A program made the position numbers and the translations under genes. Positions 1 through 13,586 of a DNA stretch of 64,000 bases are shown here, piece after piece. The notes under the pieces are model-generated. The model searched no databases. It saw only the letters and a program-made list of their open reading frames with translations, and had not been told where the DNA came from. The stretch's first letter is position 1. The number at the start of each line of letters is the position of its first letter. Origin of the DNA: Octopus vulgaris (lineage: Eukaryota); the NCBI GenBank assembly GCA_951406725.2, contig OX597820.1:59892001-59956000 (forward strand). Direction: 5' to 3'.

Positions 1-120
1 ATGTCATCGACTTAATACCTTCCCCAAGCTGCTCTTGTGGCAAAAATTTGAAATCGTTCTTTCTTTCTGTATTTCTCTCTGTCTATATTTCCATTTCTCC
101 CCACTCTTTCTCCTTCTCTA

Positions 121-313
<193 letters not shown>

Positions 314-1309
314 TAGTTTAGCTGTCAAAGGTATCCGATACTAAGTTTTCAGAACTAGGTCTCTGATTCTAGTCATTATCTTTCAATGAAATTTATTTCG
401 TGCAAACAGTCAAATTAACCCAGTAGTAAAAGTTAAAGGTTGTTTAGATTTCTGAGTATCTAATTTAATAATTCACAACCTCAAGATTGGATTTTATCTG
501 TAGTTTTAAAAAAGTCAGTGATAAACAAATTTTCCACTCAAGGGAAAATGCATCGTCCAATTGTTTTATTAATCAACGACGATCAAAACTTAACACAGGA
601 ACGCACCTTTTTGACCGAGGCATACCGACATGTTGGCTTATCTTGAACTTCGCAATTAACACACAAACGGGAGTCCGAATAAGGCTATCAGGTCCTTCCC
701 CTTACAGCAACGTGTCATCATAACTTCACCCTTAACGACCCGAGCTGAAATTATCATCTCATTGGATGTATCTTAAAGATATATTACTCACATCTAGAGG
801 GTCTTCTCTTCGTTAAAACGCTTAAAGGACGCATCAACTGTCTCTTACCGTTGTCATTGCAGCTGTTGTTGCTGTGGCTGTTATTTAGACGAAGTCATAC
901 ACGATCAAGCAGAACTGTGACTATGATGAAAGGCATTCCAACTTTTACCATTTCGTCTTTTGGAGGATTAGTTGTCTTAGAGGACTATATTTAGTATGTG
1001 ATTTCCTTCTAAGACGGTTGGGTGTAATGTGAGGGAGAAATGGCTGTTATTTATCGCAGGTCCATTTGTCGCGAAAAGTCTCCGTCATTGAGTCGATTTA
1101 CAAGCTGTTGTGTTGTACATTTTTTTTTCCAAGCTGGAATTCTCCGAGTTCAATGAATCTAGTGACATTGTTTAATTGATAAGAGAGGGAGAAAGATAGA
1201 AGTAGTGTGACTAAGAGAGAGAAAAAATGCGACAAGAGAGACAGAATGAGACAGAAGAGAGAAAAAGAAAGAATGAGTGAAAGGAGAGAGAGAGTGAGCG
1301 GGGAAGAAG

Positions 1310-2171
1310 ACCATTTTCGTTGTGTAACGTGAGTCGTTTCGCTTTCCTGGAAGCCTTCTGACAAATTCTCGCTTATTAGAAAGCGTAACGACCCACATTA
1401 CACAACGAAAACAGTGAAGTTTGGGGGTAAGAGTCTGATGCTTTGGGGATACATAAAAAGTGATGGTTCAAGAAAGTTGGTTAACATTGCAGGTAACTTG
1501 AATAGTGCCAAATACAACTAGTTGCTGAAGGACAATTTAATACTAGACTTGGATGAAGATGAAATTTTTCAGTATGACGGAGATCCATCCCTGCCACAGA
1601 TCGTGTACAACACAACAGAGTCTGGCTGATGAAAGTGTTCAGAACCCTGACTTAAATATCATCGAGCAAATGTGGACAGGACTAAAGAGGAGTTCGTCGG
1701 GAGAATCCACGCAATCTTGAAGAGTTGTGGGAGCTCAGCCACAGAGAATGGAATATCATACCTGTGAAGATGGTGAAGGATTTGTTCGCATCTCTTCCCA
1801 GGCGCATTGAAGCAATTGTTCAATCTGAGGGAAGCAATACGAAATATTAACAATGTACAGTACTTGAAATGAACATTACGTAATAAATTTTCATTATAGA
1901 CATTTTTTTCTATTTCAAAACACTATATCTTGATTGGTTTATGTAAGGTGGCTGAAAACATTTACACGGTCATTTTTAGTGGTTGTCTCGCATCTTCCCA
2001 TCTCATTCAGAACTCCTACTACAAAATATAATGATTAGGTATGGAAATGACTCCAACAGGACCAATGTTTCGTCTGTAAAAAACGCAATACGAAACATCC
2101 ACTTATAAGTTGGCAATTAGTAGAAATTGACAATAGTTCAAAGTGGCCAAAGACTTTTGCACGATACTGTA
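1310..2171 (+). mobile_element. Tc1-family DNA transposon, 5'-truncated and decayed, with right TIR
   Basis: Manual translation from 1384 gives RNDPHYTTKTVKFGGKSLMLWGYI...NLNSAKY*...IFQYDGDPS, then PDLNIIEQMW near 1647 (Tc1 DDE motifs). The right end GGCCAAAGACTTTTGCACGATACTG+TA (to 2171) is a Tc1-type TIR. Confidence 0.88.
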
Positions 2172-2544
2172 CAAACTTTATATATGTGTGCGTGTGTGTA
2201 ATGAGTTGTCTATCTATCCATTCATCTAAGCGCGCGCGCGCGTACACACACACACACACATACACACACGCGCACAATCGAAACGAAAATGAGAATTTAC
2301 TCACAACAAATAGGAATAAGGGTATAACAAATGCTATACAAAAAAGAATTTTCGTTTATTGGAATATATCCACACTTCCTGAAATGGTAAAACAACCGCT
2401 TGGTGTCTGGTTGGAATAATCTAAATGGAAAAGGGAAATAATCTCAAGAATTAAATATTTTCCAAAACTGTCGAATGGCAAACCTGCTGAAAGCTCAAAT
2501 CTTGTTAAAGTCAAGTGTTACATACATATTCTTTTTTTCCATCT

Positions 2545-2589
2545 ACTGTTGACATATGTTTCGTATCACTTACATTTCATCAGAACAGC
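2545..2589 (-). ncRNA. Type I hammerhead ribozyme motif (PLE-type, stem II decayed)
   Basis: Minus strand: CUGUU-CUGAUGA-aauguaagugauac-GAAAC-AUAU-GUC-AACAG; 5-bp stem I and palindromic stem III ACAUAUGU. Confidence 0.7.
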
Positions 2590-3954
2590 TCATAAACAAT
2601 ATTCATGCTATTTGAGAATGTAAGTCAAAGTTAAGTTTCTCAAAGTTATCTACAAAACGTAAGTGGTTAAGAAAAATAAAATGTAACAGAGACGCGAATA
2701 GCAATAGAAAAAAAGTTCTACATCATCATTATGCCAGGCCTCATTCTGGATCACAAAAAGTACGGAGCCGTTCATCACCGTAACTTATACTAACAGTCTT
2801 GGGTCACAGATCAGAGATGGAACCTGGTTACATTGTAGAATAATTTTCCTACAAAATAGGTATTAGCTTCTTCCTTACCGTTCCTAATAGCCCTCTAATA
2901 GTCCTCTTCAGAGCGCCCTGCCACCGATTGTTGACAACTGCTCTTGTCAACTGCTGCTTTAGCTAAAATGCTAATCCTGTCTCTGTAGGTTTTACGCGCC
3001 GAGAACGACGCATTCGGTTTCCTGCAATCGAGTCCCTGTATGAGTTTTATATGCGTCGAACGTGCAGATCACAAACTTATGGTCTGCGTAGCCTACCGGT
3101 TTATATTGTAAAAATACTTCTCTATACTCTGTCTATTAACCTAACAAATACCTTATCAAGATACGATAGGGATGGTGCGATACGTTACTCCATGTCCGCA
3201 CTGGCACATTCGGGAAAACTTGTCTGTAATTATCAGACAACTGGAAGCATTTGAGTAGTGGTTTCGTTAGGCGGGAAACGATCCGGTGTTTGTGAATGTT
3301 GTTGTCGTTGAGTGTATTTCACGGGTATAAAAATGTTGATCAGTATTTTCATTTGCCTTACTGTTCTTGTCGATACTTCTGTTTATTATATAAATATCGC
3401 TATCATTATTTTTGTAACTATTATTACAAATGGTTGATTGATTAATATGTAATTAATCAACTACACCTAATGATTTGTTATTGCTTTTCATTTTCTTTAG
3501 TTTTCCTTCCTAATTGGTATACCCAATTTATACACTGTTCGCATACCTTCAGTGAAAATCCCGTCTCATCCTCCCAACCCATCTAAAAACACTCTCCAAG
3601 GCTGTCTGTGGTCCACTACTGACCTCATTTAACCATATAACTCCCTCATCTTCCTTCCTAACATTCTTACCCCTTCCCTTGTCTTATTCCCCACCCTTAT
3701 ACTAGCTTCCCCTCTACCACACCTTCATGTCTTCTCCTTCTTACTTCATATCTTCTTCCTCTCTAGCCCGCCCTTGTAGTTATCTCTCCCTTTTCTACTG
3801 CTACTTACATATTCAAAACATCCTTGAACTTTCTCTCTATCTATGACTTAGACCCCGTATTCATAGCAATTCTTCCTTCGTCTTATTTCTCCGCCTGTTC
3901 TTGTGCATTCACTGACCCCATAAACTCGCACTTTTTTCTTACTATTTCTATTGC

Positions 3955-4080
3955 TCGACTTGGTCTTTCATTCTTTCGGGGTCGATAAATTAAGCACCAG
4001 TGAAACACTAGGGTTGATGTAATCGCTAGTCCCCTCCCTACAAATTTCAGGCTTTGTGCCTTTAGTAGAAAGGATTATCA
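3955..4080 (+). mobile_element. SINE family A, 3' fragment with tail type 2
   Basis: CTTTCATTCTTTCGGGGTCGATAAATTAAG...CCTTTAGTAGAAAGGATT matches the copies at 31697 and 56994. Confidence 0.75.
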
Positions 4081-4679
4081 TGGTTGTTCTTATTGACATT
4101 AATATTAATATTATTGTACAATTATTATCATCTCAACCATTATTATTTTTAGAATCGTAACAACGCCAGTTAAAATGCTTTGTGCAGTATTTGTTCATGT
4201 TCTTTATGCTGTGTTCAGATACCACCAAGGTCAACTTTACATTTCATCCCTCGGGATCAATAAAGTAAACGACTAGTCCTTGCTCCTAAATTGGTCTTAT
4301 GACCAAATCAAAAACGAAATTATTATTGTAGTTATTGGTTTTTTTGTTAGACTGGCGAGCTGACCGGATCATCAGAGCCCCGGGAAACATGTCTTGCAAT
4401 ACTTCACATTCTGAGTTCGAACCCCGCTGAGACCAACTTTTCTCTTCATCTATCCAAATTGAAAGGCAAAATTAACCAGCAATTTTAAAGGATTGAGTTG
4501 GTCGATTCAATCGACTAGTACAACTCACTGCCCCAGTTGATAGTCTTATGTTTAAATGAGAAACAATTATTTGTATAACTATTTTTGCCACACCAATTAT
4601 CTCTACTTACCCCACTGCTCTAATCACGAATCCTTCGCAGAGCTCTATCAATAGCTTTGCCTCTGAAATTTCTTTTTTA

Positions 4680-5246
4680 TTGGGTTGTCCGGAAAGTTCG
4701 TGCCGATTTATAGTAGCTTACATCTCGACTTATTTTAGAACATGGTTGAGTCCATAAAATAGGATTTGACTTCATCTCCATTTAGAGCACAGTTTAAAAT
4801 ATCTTTTCGTGGAAGAAGGTTTATGTTCCTATAACCTGTGTTAATTCTGTAACCCTTTAAAATGGAAGATAAGAATGTTCATTTTCAGCACTTGATGCTT
4901 TGGGAACCAGACAAAAATTGCTGCAGCTCGGCTGGGATGTGTTGCCCCACCCTCTTTATTCACCAGATATTGCTCCTTCGGATTTCCACTTATTCAGGTC
5001 TCTGCAGAATAGTCTTAATGGTAAGAATTTCAATTCCTTGGATGACGTAAAAAGATACCTTGATGAATTCTTTGTCATGAAAGCCCCTCAATTCTGGGAA
5101 GGGGGTATTTTCAAGTTAAAGGAAAAGGTGGAGACGCATTGTGCAACAAAATGGTTCATACATGGTTGATTAAAAATGTAATGGCAAGTATTTATTGACC
5201 TTTTTCTTTCCTTTAAAAATCGGCACGAACTTTCCGGACAACCCAA
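4680..5246 (+). mobile_element. Internally deleted mariner (mellifera-like) with perfect 30-bp TIRs and TA TSD
   Basis: TIR TTGGGTTGTCCGGAAAGTTCGTGCCGATTT at 4680-4709 with its exact reverse complement at 5217-5246; TA on both sides. N-terminal MEDKNVHFQHLML is fused to C-terminal LGWDVLPHPLYSPDIAPSDFHLFRSLQN (mariner YSPDLAPxD motif). Confidence 0.95.
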
Positions 5247-5309
5247 TATTTTTGCAGTCATCCCATCCCGACTCGATGAACACAGATGGTCTACTGCTTG
5301 TGTTGTCCC

Positions 5310-5830
5310 TGCAAAATGCCATCATTGATTGTTTGAAGGTGGGATGCAGTCAGCGCTGGACTAACCATTAAGTAAAATAAGCACGTGCTTAGGGCATCAA
5401 GGTAAATGGTTTACGGCACAAAAGAAATCCCGTTAAATGATATTCAGAAGGCCTTTATCTCTACTAAGTATAGATGCTGTACCTAAGATTAATTTTGAGG
5501 ATCTGATCAAAGACTTTTCAATACAAAAAAGTAAGAGGAAACTTTTCAAATATAAATAAAGTGGAAGTATACAAAAATAAACATTATTTTCCCTCTTACT
5601 GTTTTGTTTCGTCTTGAAAAATAAAAAATTGTTTTATGATTTGTTATTGTTTATATATTTGAATTACATAATCTTTTATGGGGCATCAAAATCTTGTAAG
5701 TGCTTAGGACCTCGATGGGTCTTAATTCGACCCTAGATGCAGCCTATCTAGCAATCACAGAAAGTTACAGGTTGTTTATGGAGATGACACCATCGACAAA
5801 AGCAATGTGCATAGATGGATGAAGAAGAAA
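5310..5830 (+). pseudogene. Second mariner remnant (N-terminal HTH) split by a hAT insertion
   Basis: Removing 5351-5743 restores QNAIIDCLKVGCSLSSNHRKLQVVYGDDTIDKSNVHRWMKK, a mariner HTH-type N-terminus. Confidence 0.7.
5351..5735 (+). mobile_element. Non-autonomous hAT element with 8-bp TSD
   Basis: Ends CAGCGCTGGACTAA and TTAATTCGACCCTA; TSD GATGCAGT (5343-5350) / GATGCAGC (5736-5743). Internal LLSIDAVPKINFEDLIKDFSIQKSKRK resembles the hAT C-terminal dimerisation end. Confidence 0.8.
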
Positions 5831-6147
5831 CCAGCAATGAGGATTCGAGAGTTGAGTTCAACGATGACGCGATGCATCGCTTGCAATGCATCGCTTGCAA
5901 TGCATCGCTTGCGATGGAAACTGTTCAGAAGTATCTTCGTACAGAGAAAGAGTTACTCAACCAACACGTACAATTTGAACGACCTCTGTCAATTAATAAA
6001 AAAAAAAAATTATGCCTATTTTTGTATTACTTAAGTCTCGCACACATACGCTGTGTAAGAAAGGCTTCACTTAAGCATTTGACAATCGAAATATACTATC
6101 ACATTACACTTCCCTAAACATGTGTATACACACAGACATACTGGAAG

Positions 6148-6188
<41 letters not shown>

Positions 6189-6762
6189 ACTCCCCACCAC
6201 ATACACATAATCTCCCATACATTCACACTCAAAATTGACAACTTAATCCAAGCTAATTTAATGCCATTCACCACTATGATGCCCTAATGTCTTTCTAACT
6301 AGCCGAGTATAAGGAAATTATGGGATATGTCATAGATAAGATACGAGTATTACTTGGTGACTGTTCATGAGGATGGGGGTGAGGCTTGGAGGCGCTTCGG
6401 TGGTAGGAGAAGGTGAACCGTGTTGGTTATTTAGGGGTAACAGAGTCAAGGGTAATGGTGACAATGTAGGTGATGTATAGGTAGTAATTATTGTAGTGGT
6501 GGTGATAGGGATAACAAAGTTATGGTGGTAGTGATGATGGTTGTGGCGATGTTAGTGACCATAGTGGTACTGTGGTGGTGTTGTTGTTGTTGTTGGTGGT
6601 GGTGGTCGTCGTCGTCGTGTTGATGTCAATTGCGTGATGGTAATGATAACTATAGTGATAGTGGTGCAGTATATCGGCAGTTGAGGCAATCGTGGTAATA
6701 GTGATGTCAGTGTTGATGGTAGTAATGGTATTGATGGTGGTATGATTAGGATCTTCAACATT

Positions 6763-7074
6763 TTACCTTTTACTTGTTTCAGTCATTAGGTCGTGGTCGT
6801 GCTAGCCATATATATATATATATATATATATATTATTTCTGTTATTCTTTTATTTGTTTCATTCATTTGACTGGAGCACCGGCTTTAGTCGAGCAAATCG
6901 ACCCCAGGACATACTCTTTGTAAGCCTAGTACTTATTCTATCGGTCTCTCTTGCCGAACCGCTAAGCGACGGGGACGTAAACACACCAGCATCGGTTGTC
7001 AAGCGATGTTCGGGGGACAAACACAGACACACAAACATATACATACACACAAACACACACGCATACATACATAC

Positions 7075-7144
<70 letters not shown>

Positions 7145-7296
7145 GACGGGCTTCTTTCAGTTTCCGTCTACAACATCAACTCACAAGGCTTTGGAAGGCC
7201 CGAGGCTATAGTAGAAGACACTTGCCCATGGTGCCACGCAGTGGGACTGAACCCGGAACCATGTGGTTGGTAAGCAAGCTACTTACCACACAGCCA

Positions 7297-7298
<2 letters not shown>
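6763..7298 (-). mobile_element. tRNA-derived SINE family B with internal (TA)n/(TG)n
   Basis: Head TGGCTGTGTGGTAAGTAGCTTGCTTACCAACCACATGGTTCCGGGTTCAGTCCCAC (A/B boxes). Further copies at about 9200-9320, 16520-16692, 32594-33000, 33085-33670, 39822-40205, 41325-41690, 50528-50650, 51645-52062, 53700-54072 and 61660-61750. Confidence 0.9.
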
Positions 7299-7332
<34 letters not shown>

Positions 7333-7516
7333 GATATGTAGAAAAATACAACCTGTGACAAGAACGCATAACACTTAGAAGACGATACAACAAACACAGA
7401 CAGGACATTCGAAGCCCTCAGTCTTCAGTCAAGAACCGGATCATCGTAGTAATTTCGATATATATATATATATATATATTTGTAATATAATATGTGACAA
7501 TTATTCGGTTACCATG

Positions 7517-7575
7517 ATAAAACTCCGAGTTTCGGATGTCGGGGCGGAAACCTGCACCGGCATCTCTTCAGTTAT
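7517..7575 (-). ncRNA. Type I hammerhead ribozyme motif in a ~200-bp insert between (TA)n tracts
   Basis: Minus strand: AUAA-CUGAAGA-GAUGCCGG...CCGACAUC-C-GAAAC-UCGGA-GUU-UUAU. Confidence 0.7.
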
Positions 7576-7678
7576 TGAGGCAATTAAAATATGCTATGAA
7601 AATGGCCGTTAAACACAGGGAAATTCCTCTATTTATATAATATCGAGGTCTCTTTCATTCTATTATTGCCTTACCTAC

Positions 7679-7744
<66 letters not shown>

Positions 7745-8379
7745 TTGGAAATGGATGCGTCGCGTTCAACTGAATAATAAATAATAAATGATATATGTAT
7801 GTGTGTGTGTATGTATGTATGTATGTATGTATGTATGTATGTATGTATGTATGTATGTATGTATGTATGTGTGTATGTATAGTTTACTGAAACTGAATGT
7901 TTATCTTGCAACTCAAGTTTTACGCCATTTCGATCTTTAGGTGAGAAATGTTACAACTTGGTTTTAGTGATATATTCATATTCATTCGTGTGGATGAATA
8001 TAAATATCTCTGTTTGCTCATTCCTTCCGTTTTCCGTTTACTGACTGGCTTGTTTTGCTTCATCATTGTTTTTTTTTTTTTCTGTCATATTATTTATATA
8101 CTTCTCGTGTTTGTTTATGAGACAGCGTGTCGTTAATTTCATTATTCGTTCTAGGTTTATCTGTTAATTTAGTTAAGATTGTTCTTATGTAATTGTTTTT
8201 TTTTATGTGTATTGCTGTATGTTTGTTAAGGCTTGTTTTTCTGCTTTGCGTAATTTGTACCACGTGCTTAATTTGGTCGGCTGTTCGTGGATTCGGTTCT
8301 TACCAGTATTTTCTTTTTGTTCTGTGCATGTATATGTGGGTTGCCCCGGTAAAATAATCCTACCTCCTATTTGGAGGTA

Positions 8380-8550
8380 GACGTATTTTTGAGAGGGATT
8401 TATTATGGTATCTGCGGTGTGTTATGATTTAATACTGCTTCTTTAGGTTGCTTGTTTTGCATGATAACGTGGTATCTTCTTATGGTGCAGAGCAGACAGA
8501 TACCAAGACTATTCATGTATGATGGAACGCGGTCTAGTATTTTCCAGTAG
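8380..8550 (-). pseudogene. Penelope-like GIY-YIG endonuclease C-terminal fragment
   Basis: Manual translation YWKILDRVPSYMNSLGICLLCT aligns with RWSIIGSAAPYLNNRAGCQLCC of the 26.6-kb endonuclease. Confidence 0.65.
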
Positions 8551-9573
8551 AAAATAACTTATTTGTCGTAATCTATTTAACATCACATTTGAAGGCAACG
8601 CTAATTGAAACAGGTTCGTAGCCCGCAAAATATTCGTTGGGAGTCAACTACAGTTATCTCCCCTATCGAATGTTCTCGAACATTCCAAACGAACATCGGT
8701 CAATCCCCTCTTTGCTAGCATGCAAGGCATAACTGCAGAACGACACACAGGAGGGTGTTAGAAGCATATCGCCTACTTAAGAGCGTATTCCAATTGAATT
8801 TTTCTCTTCTTCTCTAAGTCAAGAAAAGGTCAACTTCGGAGAGAGAGTCAGGCGCACGTATTCGATATCCTGCCCTACCACCAACTCGCTATGGGATTCT
8901 ACACCTAGTGCCTGTCTGAAAGTATGTTTTGTAGTTTGAATTCCTATTTTCTCACTGTCATCGAGGAACATGACAAGATAGATGTTCAGAACCTTGTTCT
9001 CCCAGATAACTTTATTGAACATTCTGTACTCACATTATGAGTTCGTTTGTTACGCATCTGAATAAAACCTTGGATACGAAGTTGTTCACGCACGGACATA
9101 TGTGTTGTTGTCACTTACTGCACCAGAGGCATTTCACAGCCGTTGGATTAATGACTCAATCCAGTCATTAAAGTATTGACGTCTTCATTAGTGACTTCCC
9201 TCGATAGAATAAGTACTAGGCTTACAAATAATAAGTCCTGGGACCGATTTGCTCGACTAAAGGCGGTGCTCCAGCATGGCCACAGTCAAATGATTGAAAC
9301 AAGTAAAAGAGTAAAGAGGAAAGAGAATGAATGAACGAATCAGTCAATCAATCAATCAATCGAACCATGAATCAATCGGTCATTCAATCAGTCGATTAAT
9401 TTTCTATTAAATCTAATGAGAATGGAAACAGAAATCATAGCTTGTACGTGCTTTCTTGAGAAGGATAAAGCGTAGGTGGTTGATGCTTCGAGACGCAAAA
9501 TGAGCCGAGTCAGAACAGAGTGGGGGTGTTTTCAGTCAAAGACGTATGTATAAAGGCTTACAGAAATTAATGG

Positions 9574-9574
<1 letters not shown>

Positions 9575-9645
<71 letters not shown>

Positions 9646-9745
9646 GAGATGAAAGGTCTAGAGGCAAGAAGTAAAGCTGCAATGTATAGAGGGACGTGTA
9701 GAGAGGTAGAAGAGAAGAGATTGCAATTACAAGCGATGGGTAGAT

Positions 9746-9832
<87 letters not shown>

Positions 9833-9963
9833 TTGGAAGGAAGGAAGTGCATGGTGAAGAGATGTAGTAAGAATGTAATAGCAAGACTGAAATGACTTGG
9901 ACATGTGTATATGTGAGGGAGTATCTGTGTGTGCACACTTATGTGTGTGTGTTCGTGTGTGCA

Positions 9964-10012
<49 letters not shown>

Positions 10013-10050
10013 GTGGAGAGAGTGAGTATGAGAGAGAGAGAGTATGAGAG
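9575..10050. repeat. (GA)n, (GATA)n and (GT)n microsatellites
   Basis: Directly visible. Confidence 0.95.
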
Positions 10051-10951
10051 AGAAGAGGGGAGTTAAGGCGTTGACAGACTATGAAAAACTTTTGCTTGGC
10101 AAATGGCGCCACACACTGTCAGACAACGTTGTATATCTGATATGGCTCACCTCAAGCTGACCACACGCAATCAGCTACCTTAATATTTACATTACTTAAC
10201 TCTCTCATTCTCTCTTTCTCTCTCCCACTCGCATACACATATATACGCACATTCACATTTACACTTAAGAAAGAAAGAATTACTCTAACAACAAACAATA
10301 ACCATTTGTCTATATATATATACACACATTGGGTGTTCGGGATAAATTTGACAGTCTGCATAAAAGGAAAAGAAAACACAATATTCCATACAAAAATAAA
10401 AAATATTTTTAAAAATCGAAAGATATCAACTAGATTGTGGATGGGAGATGAAAGTTTATTCAAATAGCTGCCCTCAGTTTCCACCACGGCTTCAAGACGG
10501 CTCCAGAAAAAAAGGAGACATAAAAATTGTCAAATTTAGCCCGAACACACTGTAAGTACGCGCGCGCGCACACATACACACACATATAGATACGCGCATG
10601 TACACTGACAGAGACACACGCACATACGTACACATACACTCATACACGTACACAAACACAAACACAAACACACTTATAGATTCGTGCATGCACAGTGACA
10701 CAGAGACCACGCACACACAATATATATATAGGTCTACTATGTAATCGAGCGAGCATTCGGGCATTTTTGCCTTAAGTGCTTGTTTTATTTTACGTATTTA
10801 TTTAATTTTTTTTTCTTGTCTTTGCTCGGTTCTTTCCGCGGTACATCTATGTACTGATGATGGAATATGTCCGAAGCGTCATAATTAAATTTCTTTACTT
10901 CTCCGAGAGTCAAACTAATAGTTGTTTGTCTTTACTCTCTCTTTCTCTATA

Positions 10952-11025
<74 letters not shown>

Positions 11026-11069
11026 TGTGTAAGTGTGTGCGTGCGTGTGTGTATGTGTGAGAAAATACC

Positions 11070-12770
11070 AGTTATAATTAAAGATTGTGTGCAATTGCTT
11101 TTAGAAAAATAATTTTTTGGCTTGGATCATAATTTTCCATGACATTTTATACTTAGGTTCATATTTCTGCATTTTTTTCTTTTGGCTTGATTCTTCTCCT
11201 TGCATAAACTTCTGCAGTTTGGCACTGGCAAACCTTTCTTCATATTTAATCACATCAATAAGTTTCCAGATATTTGGAAGACTAATATTCACTGTATTTT
11301 TCAGCGCGTTATGGTAGGCTTCTTACTATTTGTAGAACAAACAATCCCCGTCATACATCGATCCCAATCATTCCACATAGGTAATGGAAATGGAGGTTCA
11401 AGGCGTCGCCTCTTCTGTCCTCTTCCTCTAGGTGGTCCTATATGAATATTTTCAAAATAAGATACAATTAACTGTGGAATATCATCATCATCTTCAAGTT
11501 GTTCATATCTATCTACGTCATCAACCGGCAAGAGAGCAAGGGCAACAAAACACCGCATTTTTAGGTTAAAACTGTCGCCTTCGTGACATCTGCGTTTTAG
11601 TCCTTCTTGCACAGCATGCTTGTACACATTTTGTCCTAAATGGAACAAGCAGCATGTCAAATTCGATTTAGGAAACCATTCCAGAACTCCGTTATGGGCT
11701 GCTTTTTCGAAATTATATCATCAGGTCCCTCATTCTGCAGTAATTCATTTATTTTGGCAAAAAATATACTATAAGTACCTTGGCTTTTGTCAGAGAGCAA
11801 TGCGATCAATCGCGGAGCATTAAAATTATCAATTTGAATGAGAAGTATATCTAACTGAAAAAATATACTAAAACAGCACTTAGATGTTCCATCTGCTGCC
11901 CAGTTCTTGTGCTGTTTTAACTGTCGAAGTGCTTCGTCACTTGCAGATATCAGTGTTCACTTTGAATCTTCCATCCCGCTGTCATACTGTAAAAACGTTT
12001 CATCATTGTCAAAACAGGAGTATTCACTTGGAATGGAAAACCCAACATTTGTAAGTGGGGTGGCAGGATAGTTGGAATCAGCTTGCCTCTAACGTCTAAT
12101 ATTCCTATTAAGCTGTGCAAACGGTGGTATTTGCGACAATGTACAGTCGTTTAAATTCTGAAATTCACTCGAGATAACTGAGTGAGGGGCATCACGAGAT
12201 GAAATAGACTTTACTTTAATATTTGAAACTATTATCCTTGCACTTACTTCTGCAGCAGTTGAAGTGTGATTATGGATCCCAATCTTCTTCAGCTCTTTAT
12301 AATTTTCATCTGTATGAAGTCTTGCCTTGCACACACGATTTTTGCACCTCCATTAGATCTTCAATCCACCTGCATTTTGCTTATCTTTTGTGTATATATA
12401 TATATTTTTTGATAGACCACTTTGATTTTTCCTTTCTTTGAAGTTATGTTGATGGGTAGACGTATTGAATAAACTTATTTCGATTTGGTTGAAAATCTTT
12501 GTTCGTAAACTGTTCAGCGCAGATACTTAAGAGAGAGAGATAGAGCCAGAGATAGAGAGAGAGACAGACAGACAGACAGATAGGGGGGTAAAGAAAGGAA
12601 AAAAATCTAACTGTCCAACGACAATTATAATTGCTCCAAACTTTTCCTCAAAAATCACATTTAAGAGTATTTTGAGACGAATTGGCCAGCAACGAATTGA
12701 CCTGCGGAGGAATTGATCAACGACAAATTAACCGATGACGAAATAACCGAGGACGAATTGTCATAGCAGC
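11070..12770 (-). mobile_element. MULE (Mutator-like) transposon with decayed transposase
   Basis: FLYWCH-like CKARLHTD...IHNH, WAADGT (first catalytic D), CLFHLGQNVYK (MULE CxFH motif) and PNIWKLIDVIKYEE, broken by frameshifts. Tandem GACGAATTG(A/G)CC subterminal repeats at about 12676-12765. Confidence 0.88.
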
Positions 12771-13508
12771 ATACCCAAGAAAGAATACCAAAACCATTTT
12801 ACCACTGATTAGGAAAGATATTTAATGTAGCTACTTGGCAAAGTAATTCGTGAAAAAAGACCTCTTTTGAAGCAAGCAAGAAAAAGATAAATAAATCCTA
12901 CAAAAGGATGAAAGATACGCAAAAATATATTTAAACAGGCGCTGCTTTGTTATATAATGTATGTGTATCCGACAGAGTGGCTTCCAGCTAAATATACAAT
13001 ATACATGTTATTACAAAACTCATTTATGATGTTTGATTAAATATACATAGAGAATATATTGAATTATAAACAGTAGCCAACTCAAATTATTATTATTATT
13101 ATTATTTGTATTCTGACTTTATTTTCCGAATTTATGAGTGTTGTACTAACATTTAATGTTTGTTCATGCAAAACATGGGATTATGCTGAATATGGGATTT
13201 GGCTATACAAGCGTAAAGGAATATACATTTTCATGGGACTTAGAAATCTTTTTTTATTTTTCAGTGATGTCCGCACCCTCCCCTCTTTTCTTATCTTTCC
13301 AATTCTACTTCCTAAAATTGACATCTTGAAAGGTCACCTAGCCCTTGTGAGAAAATGTGTTTATTTACAAATAGGTTGATAGGTATGCAATGAGAAAGGA
13401 AAGAGGAGAAAGAGAAAAAGGAAAACGAAAGAAAAGAAAAAATGAAAAATACTTTGTAATGAAATTTCAATGGATTGAACACATCAAATTGAAAAGTAAC
13501 CTCCCTCC

Positions 13509-13586
<78 letters not shown>

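Noticed and set aside
8580-9200. Unique-looking segment with ORF 8819..9022 (also 50880-51130 and 56480-56960)
   Set aside because: No motif I can recognise; probably decayed retroelement sequence. TBLASTX against repeat libraries would be needed.
10847-10884. CUGAUGA-UGGA...UCC-GAAGCGUC hammerhead-like motif
   Set aside because: GAAAC is altered and stem I is weak; at best a decayed HHR, so it is not counted.
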